A DNA stretch of 64,000 nt from an uncultured archaeon (GCA_964358055.1 CAYHNT010000001.1:3308-67307); one strand, 5' to 3'. Shown: positions 9,335-18,824, counted from the first letter of the stretch. Translations and numbers: made by a program. The notes: generated from the letters alone by a model not told the origin.

Positions 9335-9406
9335 AGCCCGTAGAGGGAATTGAACCCTCAATCTCCAGTTTACGAAACTGGCGCGATACCATTTCGCTAT
9401 ACGGGC
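9335..9406 (-). tRNA. tRNA-Thr (anticodon CGU)
   Basis: Hand-folded cloverleaf: acceptor GCCCGTA/TACGGGC, D-stem GCGA/TCGC, anticodon stem CCAGT/ACTGG with loop TTCGTAA, T-arm GAGGG-TTCAATT-CCCTC. No encoded CCA. Confidence 0.85.
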
Positions 9407-9500
9407 AGTATAGCCTATTCCAACCCCATTTCGCCATTGGTTCCAATGCGTTGGTACCACTATTTCGGTTCGGGAGTGCTTTAAAACGCTGGGGTTGGCT

Positions 9501-10088
9501 TTAGGGGTTTTTGGGAACCAGATTGATAATGGCTTCAATCGCCTGGATTTCTTTCTCTAAACACTTGATTTGGAGGTCGAGCCTTTCTCGCATATCTCGG
9601 CTTCTTCGGATTTTCACCCATTTGAGGGCAGCGCGTCTGTACCCGCGTGCCTCTTGCTGGTCTCTCTTTGGAATTCGTTCAATCACTTGGCTCAACGTTT
9701 CCCCTAGTTCAGGGGCTTCATTCTGTGCAATCCTACTCTTTCTCGGCTTGGGTTGGAGTGCGCGCAATTGTTCCACGCGCGCGCTCAGCAGATTCACCAA
9801 GTATTCTCGCTGGACTGCTAACTGCTTTTGTCTACGCTGGAGACGTCGGGCGGGAGTAGGATATGCGATTAAGAGGATGTCTTCCGGCACGAGTGGTCTC
9901 AGCCCCATTTTTGTTCGAGTTGCATTAAATGTTTTGAGCCTAGCTCGAAATTGATGGTAAAATAGAATGTAATTTTCAGGTTCGTTTTTTTGGATGGTTT
10001 TCAACCGATTGTACTGGTCCGCCAGTTGGCGAATTTCAGGCCTTTTCTCTGCCATTTTTTCTTTGAGGGCGCGTGAAAGGTGTTCCAA
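9501..10088 (-). CDS. Hypothetical basic coiled-coil protein
   Basis: 195 aa, Arg/Lys/Gln-rich. No recognisable motif. Confidence 0.4.
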   Translation of the reverse strand: MEHLSRALKEKMAEKRPEIRQLADQYNRLKTIQKNEPENYILFYHQFRARLKTFNATRTKMGLRPLVPEDILLIAYPTPARRLQRRQKQLAVQREYLVNLLSARVEQLRALQPKPRKSRIAQNEAPELGETLSQVIERIPKRDQQEARGYRRAALKWVKIRRSRDMRERLDLQIKCLEKEIQAIEAIINLVPKNP

Positions 10089-10284
10089 TTGTTTGAGGAT
10101 CGCCCGGGAATCCTTCGTGGAGCATGGGCACGCGCACCCATTTTCTCTTGTTGGGTCCCTCGTTTTCTAAAACTTCCCAATGGCTACCGTTACGTCGAAC
10201 AAATTTATCAGTGTGCTTGAGTTTTTGACCCGAAGAATGCATCGGAGAAATTGTAATCGGCTTGCTTGCTTTAGGGCGAGGCAT
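10036..10284 (-). CDS. Small hypothetical protein; overlaps the downstream ORF by 53 nt in a different frame
   Basis: 82 aa from the ORF track only. Confidence 0.25.
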   Translation of the reverse strand: MPRPKASKPITISPMHSSGQKLKHTDKFVRRNGSHWEVLENEGPNKRKWVRVPMLHEGFPGDPQTIGTPFTRPQRKNGREKA

Positions 10285-10324
10285 TCAAATGGAATCGTTT
10301 TCGGGTATTAAAGTGTGCGTTTTT

Positions 10325-11830
10325 TTAGTCCGCTAAATCGTCGAATGTTTTTCTTCCGGTTGAAAATTTCCAGAACACTTCGTCTAACGCATCTACTGGG
10401 ATGCGTTTCTGTTGCATCGAGTTTCGCTCGCGTAAGGTTACGGTTTGCTCTTTGATGGTGTCATAGTCAATCGTAATTCCATACGGTATTCCTATCTCGT
10501 CCCCACGTGCATAGCGTTTTCCAATGCTTCCACTTTCATCGTAATACGCATTCACGGACATGGATTGGAGTCGTTGGAAAATGCGATACGCTTCCTCGGA
10601 CATTCCATCTTTTTTCATCAAGGGATAAATTCCTACTTTGTAGGGTGCAATGCGATGAGGTAAATCCAGGAAAACGCGCTCTTCTTCTCCGCGTGTTTCT
10701 TTACGATACGATGCATCAAGTGCGGCGATGAATGTTCTGTCGAGTCCCATGGATATTTCGAAAATATGGGGATAGTATTTGGAAATGTCTCCTTCTTCTC
10801 GTACTTGTAAATCCGCTTTGGATGTTTCGGCGTGCGTTTTCAAATCGTGATCCGTGCGATAATTGCATGCGGCGAGTTCCAACCAGTTTCCATCTAAATT
10901 TACTTCAAAGTCCCATGTTTCATGGGAATAGAAAGCCCGTGCTTCTTTTTCGAGTTCGCGGAAGCGCATTTTTCCAAGAGGAAACGACAACATTTCTCCT
11001 AATTGTTGCGTGCGGGCTAAAAAGTAGGCAATGGTTTTTCCTGAAACAATGCTTTGATCTACAGCTTCTTGACACGTCAGCGAATGGATTTCTTTATCGG
11101 AGAGTAAATACAAATTGATTTTGTACTCCTTCACATCGTCCCAGTTTTCCACATGATCAATTTTATCCGGATTGAAGAATATTTCCACATCCATTTGTTC
11201 GAGTTCGCGTTTACGTATCAATCCTTGTCTCGGAGCAATCTCATTTCGGAATGCCTTTCCTACTTGTCCAATTCCTAATGGCAGTTTTACTTTTCCTTGC
11301 TTCCATATTCGGATGAAATCCAAGAAGATGCTTTGACACGCTTCGGGTCGTAAGTACGCAGGATTGGCTTTCATCGCTCCCACATTCGATTGGAGCATCA
11401 TGTTGAACCTGGTTGTGCGTCCGAGGGGCATTTTGTCTTTGGCGCACACAATGTTGTATTCTTTTACTTTTTCGTCGTAGAATTCAAGCGCTGCTCCTTC
11501 GGGTACTTCATGTCCTAATTTTTCTTCCACCAATTTATCCACACGATAAGGTGTCTTGCACGTCTCACATACTACAAGTGGATCGTTGAAGTTTTCTAAG
11601 TGTCCGGAGGCGCGAAACACGCTCTCGGGGAGGATGATGCTTCCGTCTATTTCAATCATCCCTTCACGCTCAACAAGGAATCGTCTCCATAGTTGTACGA
11701 TACGGTGCTTGATGCGCATGCCTTCAGGTCCGTATTCGTAAAAACCCGCGAGTGCATCCGAGTATATTTCGGCGCTCGGAAAAAAGAGTCCTCTGCGTTG
11801 GGCAAGGTTGGTGATTTCGGGTAATGGCAT
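10325..11830 (-). CDS. glyS: Glycyl-tRNA synthetase (archaeal/eukaryotic alpha2 type)
   Basis: RRGLFFPSAEIY..GFYEYGP N-terminal signature. Class II motif 2 GKAFRNEIAPRQGLIRKREL. C-terminal anticodon-binding domain. Confidence 0.85.
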   Translation of the reverse strand: MPLPEITNLAQRRGLFFPSAEIYSDALAGFYEYGPEGMRIKHRIVQLWRRFLVEREGMIEIDGSIILPESVFRASGHLENFNDPLVVCETCKTPYRVDKLVEEKLGHEVPEGAALEFYDEKVKEYNIVCAKDKMPLGRTTRFNMMLQSNVGAMKANPAYLRPEACQSIFLDFIRIWKQGKVKLPLGIGQVGKAFRNEIAPRQGLIRKRELEQMDVEIFFNPDKIDHVENWDDVKEYKINLYLLSDKEIHSLTCQEAVDQSIVSGKTIAYFLARTQQLGEMLSFPLGKMRFRELEKEARAFYSHETWDFEVNLDGNWLELAACNYRTDHDLKTHAETSKADLQVREEGDISKYYPHIFEISMGLDRTFIAALDASYRKETRGEEERVFLDLPHRIAPYKVGIYPLMKKDGMSEEAYRIFQRLQSMSVNAYYDESGSIGKRYARGDEIGIPYGITIDYDTIKEQTVTLRERNSMQQKRIPVDALDEVFWKFSTGRKTFDDLAD

Positions 11831-11884
11831 ATAGGGGAAAAAGGACGGGGGCTCTTTTAAAGCCTACGAGCCCGATTTGACTGT

Positions 11885-12754
11885 ATGTCCCTCGATAAGC
11901 CTTTTTCGGGAGGTAGCCAGATTCATGCGCTGCGAAAGCGACTCATGGAGCAGACCAAATGGAGCATCTCCTCGGAGCTCTCCTCTAAAGACGCCCACGT
12001 GATTCGTGCGGTGCAAACCAGTAAGAATTTGGAGGCCATTTACAATCTTTTATTCGAACAGGCACTCGAATGGTACGCGTTGCATTTCCCTGAGATTCGA
12101 CAACTCGTACGCGACCCCCAAAACGTGTTAGGATTAATCGTCCGCGGCGGTTCGAGAGGAAAAATAACCACGGATGTGCTGAAACAATTCTACACCGACG
12201 AGTATTCCATCACGCGCGTATTAGAAGCCGCCCAAAAAAGTGCGGGTGGAGAAATGGAGGAGCGCGCATTGAAGGCCATTCAGGGGGTAGCTCAAACCGC
12301 GTTGGATATCAAGAAGGAACAACTCAAACTAACGGATTACGTGGTGCGCCAGATGATGGAGATTGCACCCAATTTTTCCGAGCTTGCAACTCCTACGATT
12401 GCCGCGCAATTGTTGAGCAAAGCGGGGAGCTTGAAACACTTAGCTGAGTTGCCCGGTTCCACCATTCAAGTGATGGGTGCCGAGGAAGCGTTATTTTCTC
12501 ATTTGAAAACGAAGACAAAGCCTCCAAAGCATGGATATTTGTTCAATCATCCGTTAGTCAAACCATTGCCCAAGCACGCAAGGGGAAGAATGGCACGCAC
12601 ACTTGCGGGAAAATTAGCTATTTGTATTCGCGTGGACATGTTTGGTAAGAAACGGGTGGTGGAAGAATATTTGCCCAAGCTTCAAGCGCTTTCAAAGAAG
12701 CTCGCTAAAACAAATCCACGTGTACGTAAACCCTTTGTTCCTCGGAGAAAGTAG
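11885..12754 (+). CDS. nop5: Nop5 (Nop56/58) C/D box snoRNP protein, short form
   Basis: NOP domain with ALFSHLKTKTKPPKHGYLFNHPLV and LAGKLAICIRVD. Sits immediately upstream of fibrillarin. Confidence 0.8.
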   Translation: MSLDKPFSGGSQIHALRKRLMEQTKWSISSELSSKDAHVIRAVQTSKNLEAIYNLLFEQALEWYALHFPEIRQLVRDPQNVLGLIVRGGSRGKITTDVLKQFYTDEYSITRVLEAAQKSAGGEMEERALKAIQGVAQTALDIKKEQLKLTDYVVRQMMEIAPNFSELATPTIAAQLLSKAGSLKHLAELPGSTIQVMGAEEALFSHLKTKTKPPKHGYLFNHPLVKPLPKHARGRMARTLAGKLAICIRVDMFGKKRVVEEYLPKLQALSKKLAKTNPRVRKPFVPRRK

Positions 12755-12763
12755 GAAAGTGGT

Positions 12764-13417
12764 ATGAATCCTTCCCTTCGAAAAGATGGAAAGAATTATT
12801 TCACGCGCTCATTAGTGAAGGGACAAAAAGTCTACGGTGAACGCATCGTCACGGAAGGAAAAATAGAATGGAGAGAATGGAATCCTTTTCGTTCAAAGCT
12901 CGCGGCTGCACTGTGTTCGGATTTGAAGGATTTTCCCATTGCATTGGGAAACCACGTGTTGTATTTGGGTTCCGCCGAAGGAACCACAGTTTCACACGTC
13001 TCGGATTTGGTTGGAGAGAATGGACTCATTGTGAGTGTGGATATTTCCCCTAAGGCTATGGCTACTTTTTCCGCGTTGGTTGAGAGTCGAGAAAATATTA
13101 TTCCATTGCTCGCAGATGCAAACCAAGTTGAGCGTGTGAAAAAAGAATTGGGTGATTTTTCCGCGGATGTAATCGTGCAGGATGTTTCGCAGAAAAACCA
13201 AGCGGATATTTTTATCAAAAACATGCAGGCGTTTGGGAAGAAGACTGCACATGGATTGCTTGTCATCAAGGCGCGTTCAGTTGATTCGTCTCTTGCCCCA
13301 GAAATGGTGTTGAAAAATGAGTTGCGTAAAGTGAAGGAAAAACTTCACGTGTTGCAGGTGGTGGATTTAAATAGATTCGAATCCGACCACTATCTCATTC
13401 ACTGCGTAATGTCGTGA
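12764..13417 (+). CDS. flpA: Fibrillarin, rRNA/tRNA 2'-O-methyltransferase
   Basis: KVYGERIV..EWREWNPFRSKLAAAL..VLYLGSAEGTTVSHVSDLVG is the conserved fibrillarin signature. Confidence 0.9.
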   Translation: MNPSLRKDGKNYFTRSLVKGQKVYGERIVTEGKIEWREWNPFRSKLAAALCSDLKDFPIALGNHVLYLGSAEGTTVSHVSDLVGENGLIVSVDISPKAMATFSALVESRENIIPLLADANQVERVKKELGDFSADVIVQDVSQKNQADIFIKNMQAFGKKTAHGLLVIKARSVDSSLAPEMVLKNELRKVKEKLHVLQVVDLNRFESDHYLIHCVMS

Positions 13418-13426
13418 ACTCCCCTT

Positions 13427-14011
13427 ATGAAGAAAAAAACGGAAAGTGCGGTTCCCCTCGTTGAAAGGGAAATGGTTCGACAGATGATTCATTTGGGATT
13501 AGGACTCTCCCTTGCGTCCGTGTTGTACACTACTAATATTGTTTTCTTTCGTCAGTTTTTGATTGGCCTGCTTCTCATTGGAGCGGTTTTTTCGTACATC
13601 GCCATGACCAAGAAATGGAAATGGTTGAATAGAGTACTTGCAAGCGTTGAGCGTCCAACCGAAACGGTGCCTGGACAGAGTGCATTCATGTTTGTGTCAG
13701 GGGTAATGATTCCTGCTTTTTTGTTTTCGAATCCCATGGCCGTATTTTTGAGCATCATTGGATTAAGCTTGCAGGATGCGTTTTCCGCATTGATTGGGAT
13801 TCGTTTTGGTAAAACAAAAATATTACCCACTAAATCGGTCGAGGGTTCGCTTGCCGGATTTGTAGTGTGTTTGATGGGCTTTGCTTTGTTTCTTCCCTTC
13901 TATCCTGCTTTCCTATTGGCACTCTCCGCTGCGGTAGTGGAGCTGTTTCCCTTTGATGATTCGCTTAGCATTCCTGTCTTTGTCGCCTTCATGGCCCATG
14001 CCTTCGTATAA
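13427..14011 (+). CDS. CTP-dependent polyprenol/dolichol kinase / CdsA-like membrane protein
   Basis: Multi-TM protein. DAFSALIGIRFGKTKILPTKSVEGSLAG matches the cytidylyltransferase/DUF92 motif. Confidence 0.5.
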   Translation: MKKKTESAVPLVEREMVRQMIHLGLGLSLASVLYTTNIVFFRQFLIGLLLIGAVFSYIAMTKKWKWLNRVLASVERPTETVPGQSAFMFVSGVMIPAFLFSNPMAVFLSIIGLSLQDAFSALIGIRFGKTKILPTKSVEGSLAGFVVCLMGFALFLPFYPAFLLALSAAVVELFPFDDSLSIPVFVAFMAHAFV

Positions 14012-14055
14012 GGCGTGTTTTAATGAGTTTTCGTGGGGTTTTAGGTATAACTCCA

Positions 14056-14133
14056 GGGCCCGTAGCTCAGCCTGGACTTCAGAGCACTTCCGTCCTAAGG
14101 AAGGGGTCGTGGGTTCGAATCCCACCGGGCTCG
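14056..14133 (+). tRNA. tRNA-Arg (anticodon CCU), with an unusually long 13-nt D-loop
   Basis: Acceptor GGGCCCG/CGGGCTC, D-stem GCTC/GAGC, anticodon stem CTTCC/GGAAG with loop GTCCTAA, T-arm GTGGG-TTCGAAT-CCCAC. Confidence 0.6.
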
Positions 14134-14141
14134 TATTGTTT

Positions 14142-15656
14142 TTACGTGGTCACAATTACATTGATGGGATCGTTTTGCGTAACGTCCCCGGTCTTCGGAT
14201 CCAAATAGGATATTTGCACTAAACAGTTTTGCGTGGATGCAGGTAAAGCAGTAAGGGGTGCGGTGATTTGTAAGGTAGTCGTTTTCGTGCTTCCTGTTTT
14301 TCCTTTCTCTGCGAGTTCTAAATTCAAAAAGAAGTCCGTATCCAAGAGTTTGATGTAATCATCACAGCCGCCCGTGTCCATGAGGATGTTTTCAATGGGC
14401 AATGCACTTTGATTATCTAATCGTAATAACGCGTTCTTGGTTTCATAATTCCCTGCCGCTTCTTTCGTCAATGAATAGGTTTTAGTTGTAGCCGAATTGT
14501 CAATCGTGACACGCAATTCAACCTTGGCTTCCGTCAAGTTGAGCGTAAATGGGACAATCTGGGACCAAAATCCGGTAAAGAAACGAATTTCTCCCGTGAT
14601 TGTATCGCTTAATGCGGAGGGTGGAGTCATGAGTTGCATTTGCACGGGCAAGCTTTCTCCTTTTTTGAGTGCGTTGAATGGAACCGAGGGACTCCACGTG
14701 AACCAGGTTGGAATTTCCGTGATGGTGTTTTCCTGCGTACTTTTGATGGTAACCTCTGCTTGAACGGCCTCACTTGAATCCGCCCCTGAAGTATTGCGTA
14801 AAGTGAATGTTTTGGTGAATAGTTTATTCGCCGTCACGGCAAACGATTGGGGAGTTTTAGGATTCACGTCTAAACTGAATGTTTTGAATAACGTAAAGGG
14901 GGATTTTTTTTCATTATTCGTGTATTTGATTCGAACAGTCCCTGTTTTGGAATCCCCAGTCTTTGTATTGCCCACTTTGATGGTGGAGGGAACCGAAAAC
15001 GTGATGGAAACGGGAACAACGCCTCCTGAGACGCCTGAAATGATAGCAGGTTGCACCGTAATGTCCATGGTGGCGAATCCATCTTCAAATACTAATTCAA
15101 TCGGTTGTGCTTGCGTACCAAAGCGAACCGTAACAGTTCCTTGTGCGTTTTGTTGTCCCGCTACAAACGTTTGGGGGAGTTCTACACTTTCAATGCTTGC
15201 GTCAATTTCTTTTTCCACTTCAACGGTTTGAGTGAATCCCGCTTCTTTGTCTTCAGAAGAAATAGTAAAAGGAATGGTCCCTGGATCTGCGTATTCGCTT
15301 CCACCCGCGTTCACCTCTACACGATACTCTCCTGGGCGCAAACTTGCGGTGTGTGTGCCGGAGAATGTGGTAATGGGTGTGGTTGAGCTTCCTTCGAACA
15401 GGCGTGCGTCCAAAACCCCAAGTGTTTTGTTTTCCGTGTCCGTAATACGAATGGTCGTGTTTACGAGTGAGCCTACGAAATAATCATAGATGAAAAAACC
15501 AACCACGGCCACCACTAATACAACTAGGATTGATTTTCCATTCTTTTGAATGAAGTCCTTGGCCTGGTCCATTGGGGAAGGTTGCGGATTATAGTCTCCT
15601 CCAAAGGGTCCTGAGTATTCCGAGGGTCCATCGTTGGATGCGGAGGGATCGTACAT
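14142..15656 (-). CDS. N-terminally anchored cell-surface protein (hypothetical)
   Basis: 504 aa. Pro/Gly/Ser-rich cytoplasmic N-tail, one TM (ILVVLVVAVVGFFIY), then Thr/Ser-rich beta-rich ectodomain. Confidence 0.5.
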   Translation of the reverse strand: MYDPSASNDGPSEYSGPFGGDYNPQPSPMDQAKDFIQKNGKSILVVLVVAVVGFFIYDYFVGSLVNTTIRITDTENKTLGVLDARLFEGSSTTPITTFSGTHTASLRPGEYRVEVNAGGSEYADPGTIPFTISSEDKEAGFTQTVEVEKEIDASIESVELPQTFVAGQQNAQGTVTVRFGTQAQPIELVFEDGFATMDITVQPAIISGVSGGVVPVSITFSVPSTIKVGNTKTGDSKTGTVRIKYTNNEKKSPFTLFKTFSLDVNPKTPQSFAVTANKLFTKTFTLRNTSGADSSEAVQAEVTIKSTQENTITEIPTWFTWSPSVPFNALKKGESLPVQMQLMTPPSALSDTITGEIRFFTGFWSQIVPFTLNLTEAKVELRVTIDNSATTKTYSLTKEAAGNYETKNALLRLDNQSALPIENILMDTGGCDDYIKLLDTDFFLNLELAEKGKTGSTKTTTLQITAPLTALPASTQNCLVQISYLDPKTGDVTQNDPINVIVTT

Positions 15657-15706
15657 GTTTTTTTCACCGAGTTGGGGCTCTTAAAGGTTTAGTGCGTGTA
15701 GAGAAT

Positions 15707-16171
15707 ATGCAATCCCCCCTGGACGATGTTCCTGCGCACAAAGATGCGCTCGTTGAGCGTGATTCGGTACGAATACTCGTGGTATTCACCCTCGTCATGT
15801 TGGCCTTTGCACTGGGATATTTGATTATTTTCCCTAATCGCGAGGCCGCTAGTTTTAGTGACGTGCAGTGGGCACATTATCCTTCGTTGGTGAAAGAGGA
15901 CACCTCGCAGCGCGTGGATTATTCCATTCTCCTTCGTTCGTTTGAGAAGGAAACCACTTCCTATCTCGTCACCGTGTTTTTTGACGGACAAACGAATCTC
16001 ACCAAAAAAGTGAGCCTGTTGCCGGGCGGAACGAAGATACTTGATTTTTCGACACCTATTGAAGGAGAACTCGTTGAACAGACGCAAGTAAAGGTTGTAA
16101 TCACACGCCCGAATGAAGATACGAATGCATCCCCTCGCGAGGCGCTTGAATTAGTAGGATATGTTCCGTGA
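15707..16171 (+). CDS. Membrane-anchored hypothetical protein
   Basis: Start trimmed to Met46 to avoid overlapping the convergent gene. One TM (ILVVFTLVMLAFALGYLIIF). Confidence 0.35.
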   Translation: MQSPLDDVPAHKDALVERDSVRILVVFTLVMLAFALGYLIIFPNREAASFSDVQWAHYPSLVKEDTSQRVDYSILLRSFEKETTSYLVTVFFDGQTNLTKKVSLLPGGTKILDFSTPIEGELVEQTQVKVVITRPNEDTNASPREALELVGYVP

Positions 16172-16172
16172 A

Positions 16173-17255
16173 TTAGCTGACCATTTTTTTGGCCCGTTGC
16201 GTAATTTCTTTTCGTTCTTTTTCGGGTAATTTTTCCGCGATGCGCGCCACCTGTCTTTCTTTCTCTCGTGCAAGTGCATCCAGCTCGCGAATGAGCTGTT
16301 CCTGTTCGCGTGTTTTCTTTTCTAGAGTAGAAATTTTCTGTCGATGCTTCTCTTCAATCTCTTGCTTGAGTGCGTGCTTCTTCTCATCCAACGTTAACAG
16401 TTCTTTGGAATAGAGGGCGCGTATCGAGGCAGTCTCCCCTTCCATGTCTAATGCAAGCTTTCGTGCAAAGTCTCGTTCTTTTTTGAGTGCCCCTGCAATG
16501 CTGATGTGTTTCTTTTGTAAATCGTGGACCATTTGCTCCATTTTCTTGGTTTTGTGCTCCAAGTGCATGTGGTGAGTAGAGTATTCTTCGAGTTTTTTCT
16601 TCCCTTGTTCCAAATGATCGAACATTCCGTGTTTTTCAATCGCAAAACGCTGCAATAATTCCTGCAATTCGTTCTCTGCATCCGTGAGAGAGAATTTTTC
16701 GTGGGGTCCAAAGTATTTTTCTCTTTTGAGAACATCTCTTTCTTGTTTGAGTTTTTGGATTTCTTCCTCTTTCGTTTTAACGAGTGAAAATAGTTCCCCT
16801 TCAATGGCCTTGGCATTAGTTGGATTCACCATGCTTTGGCGTAAGGCAATGGATAATTGTTCGTGGGCACGGTGCAAGGCTAACCATTGCCTATGCATGC
16901 GGGCTTCCAATTCTGCCCCTAGTGCGGGCGTGGTGACTTTTTCCGTTAAGTCAATTTTTCGATTGGTTTTGTCTTTTTCAAAATTAAGATTGCGTCCTAA
17001 CACTTCGTCTGTTTTTTGTAGGAACGTTTCGGCTTCGCGTAAATTAATGTCTTTTAATTCCGGGTATTTCATTTGCTCCATTTGAAGGAGGGTAAGCAAT
17101 TCTTTGCTTTGCTTGGTGTGCGTGTGCCATTGCTTGAGTTTTTCCACCAATTGTGCACGGTTGGCATTCTCCCAGGGCACGAAGGAGAGCGATTTGAATC
17201 GCGTCAATTCCTCTTGGAGCTGGTCCAGGAGTAGTAAGGCTTCACTCATGCGCAA
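16173..17255 (-). CDS. Coiled-coil protein (Glu/Lys-rich), hypothetical
   Basis: 360 aa with long heptad-like E/K/L/Q stretches. Confidence 0.5.
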   Translation of the reverse strand: MRMSEALLLLDQLQEELTRFKSLSFVPWENANRAQLVEKLKQWHTHTKQSKELLTLLQMEQMKYPELKDINLREAETFLQKTDEVLGRNLNFEKDKTNRKIDLTEKVTTPALGAELEARMHRQWLALHRAHEQLSIALRQSMVNPTNAKAIEGELFSLVKTKEEEIQKLKQERDVLKREKYFGPHEKFSLTDAENELQELLQRFAIEKHGMFDHLEQGKKKLEEYSTHHMHLEHKTKKMEQMVHDLQKKHISIAGALKKERDFARKLALDMEGETASIRALYSKELLTLDEKKHALKQEIEEKHRQKISTLEKKTREQEQLIRELDALAREKERQVARIAEKLPEKERKEITQRAKKMVS

Positions 17256-17418
17256 GTTGAGTATTTCGTCTATTTATGCGTTTGGCCTGGGGTTAAGGCT
17301 CCCATGGCAAAAGAAGCCATTTACGGGTTTCTTTTCTCTTTTCGTTCTCGGCGGAAAATTCTACATAGGTATTTAATCGAGTCACCCATGTTAGGCGTTA
17401 GGTTGGGAGGGAGAGGAC

Positions 17419-18054
17419 ATGAGGGTTGAGAAAAACATATTGGTAATCGGAATACTCATTTTAGGAATGAGTGGAATATGGGCCGCGAGCAATTGGCTGA
17501 CACCCACTGAGTCGAATTTTATTTCAACAACTTCTCCAAACAATACCAATCCCACTTATTTCTCCAGCCCCACTTCAATTGGTTATACGGATCTCTCCCA
17601 TAATTCAATTCAGACCAAAATGAGTTTGCAAGGAAAAGTAACGGACTTTAATGGTAATTTAGTAGATGATGCAAATTTAGGAGTAAAAATTAGTGATGCA
17701 AACTCCTGTACAACGAATGTGTTCTATGATTACACCTTCCCAAATTTGATCCAGGATGGATTCTTCAACGTGTTATTAGGACAAAACGAATTATTGAAAC
17801 TCAATTTTAATCAAGACTACTTCATGTGTCTGTATGTTAACAACGAACAGCTCTCCGGTCCCCAAGTGTTTCGTGGTGGACAAGGAGAGGTTCATTCAGA
17901 TGCATTATTTGATGGAAACGCGACAACTCCTTTAGATGTGAATTATTTGAACGTCAAGAATGATTTGAATGTTACAGGCAACCTCAAGTTTGGTTGTGGT
18001 AAGATTTATTGGAATGATTCGAATCAAACCCTCGTAATCCAGGTGAGCTGCTAA
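17419..18054 (+). CDS. Secreted hypothetical protein with signal peptide (operon gene 1)
   Basis: Signal peptide MRVEKNILVIGILILGMSGIWAASNW. GGAGGGAGAGG RBS-like element 8 nt upstream. TAATG overlap with the next gene. Confidence 0.5.
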   Translation: MRVEKNILVIGILILGMSGIWAASNWLTPTESNFISTTSPNNTNPTYFSSPTSIGYTDLSHNSIQTKMSLQGKVTDFNGNLVDDANLGVKISDANSCTTNVFYDYTFPNLIQDGFFNVLLGQNELLKLNFNQDYFMCLYVNNEQLSGPQVFRGGQGEVHSDALFDGNATTPLDVNYLNVKNDLNVTGNLKFGCGKIYWNDSNQTLVIQVSC

Positions 18055-18824
18055 TGCGAGAAATCACGATAGTATGCGTGTTCGTGATGGCGCTCTTCTT
18101 CGCAGGAGGAGTGTACAGCCAGTTTGCGCAAGGTAACGAGGTGCAGGAAAGTATCTCGCGCGGCCTTGCGTATTTGGAATCACGACCCCAGTATGACAGT
18201 GAGCTGTTAGTGATGCATATGATTCAAGCGAAAGGAAATCATCCTGAAGTAGGAACAGCCATTTCAAGTAAATCGTCAAAAACGGATGATTTTCATTATC
18301 CGATTAAGCAGTTTGTTTCGAATGAGCCGATTGAAATGGGGTCTGTTTCCAAAGAAACATTAGAAGCGCCATTTTACTCCGATTTTATTAAATATTTCAA
18401 ATGCGAACCATTATCTCAAGAGTGGATTAATTCTCTTTCAAATCTTTCAGACACAGAAGACGAACCTTACAACGGCGCGCATGCTCTGTGGATTCTTTCG
18501 TTGATTCGTCAAGATTATTTGGGTGGTCGTTGCGGGGATCATTCTGCTTTTGCTGAATCGTTAAATGTTGCTATTGATGCCAAAGCGATAGAATTGGAAT
18601 CGCGTTTAGAAGATAAGAAGAATTTTGATGCATGGGTCGAGCGAATCGCAGTTTTAGGTTTTGCAGGCCATTCGATTTCTCAAGAAAATGTCGAGTATAT
18701 TGTTTCAATGCAGGCTGAGAATGGCGGCTGGGCTCCTCAATTATTTGAGGGTGAGACATTGAATGAAGAACGTTCTCATACGACGGCTCTTGCTGTTTGG
18801 GCCTTGGTGGAGGCATCTTCATGA
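18054..18824 (+). CDS. Secreted protein with prenyltransferase/terpene-cyclase-like alpha/alpha-toroid repeat (operon gene 2)
   Basis: Signal peptide. QAENGGWA....SHTTALAVWAL resembles the PF00432-type repeat. Confidence 0.4.
   Translation: MREITIVCVFVMALFFAGGVYSQFAQGNEVQESISRGLAYLESRPQYDSELLVMHMIQAKGNHPEVGTAISSKSSKTDDFHYPIKQFVSNEPIEMGSVSKETLEAPFYSDFIKYFKCEPLSQEWINSLSNLSDTEDEPYNGAHALWILSLIRQDYLGGRCGDHSAFAESLNVAIDAKAIELESRLEDKKNFDAWVERIAVLGFAGHSISQENVEYIVSMQAENGGWAPQLFEGETLNEERSHTTALAVWALVEASS

Noticed and set aside
9221-9538. 105-aa and 78-aa ORFs (9221..9538 minus, 9268..9504 plus)
   Set aside because: They run straight through the tRNA-Thr gene, so they are artefacts of the open frame across a structural RNA.
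9501-10088. Tyrosine recombinase/integrase next to tRNA-Thr
   Set aside because: An HQFR tetrad is present, but the box I/II spacing and catalytic Tyr context do not match integrases.
13913-14222. ORFs 13913..14125 (-), 13953..14222 (+) and 14023..14208 (+)
   Set aside because: They overlap tRNA-Arg and the ends of flanking genes and have no coding signal.
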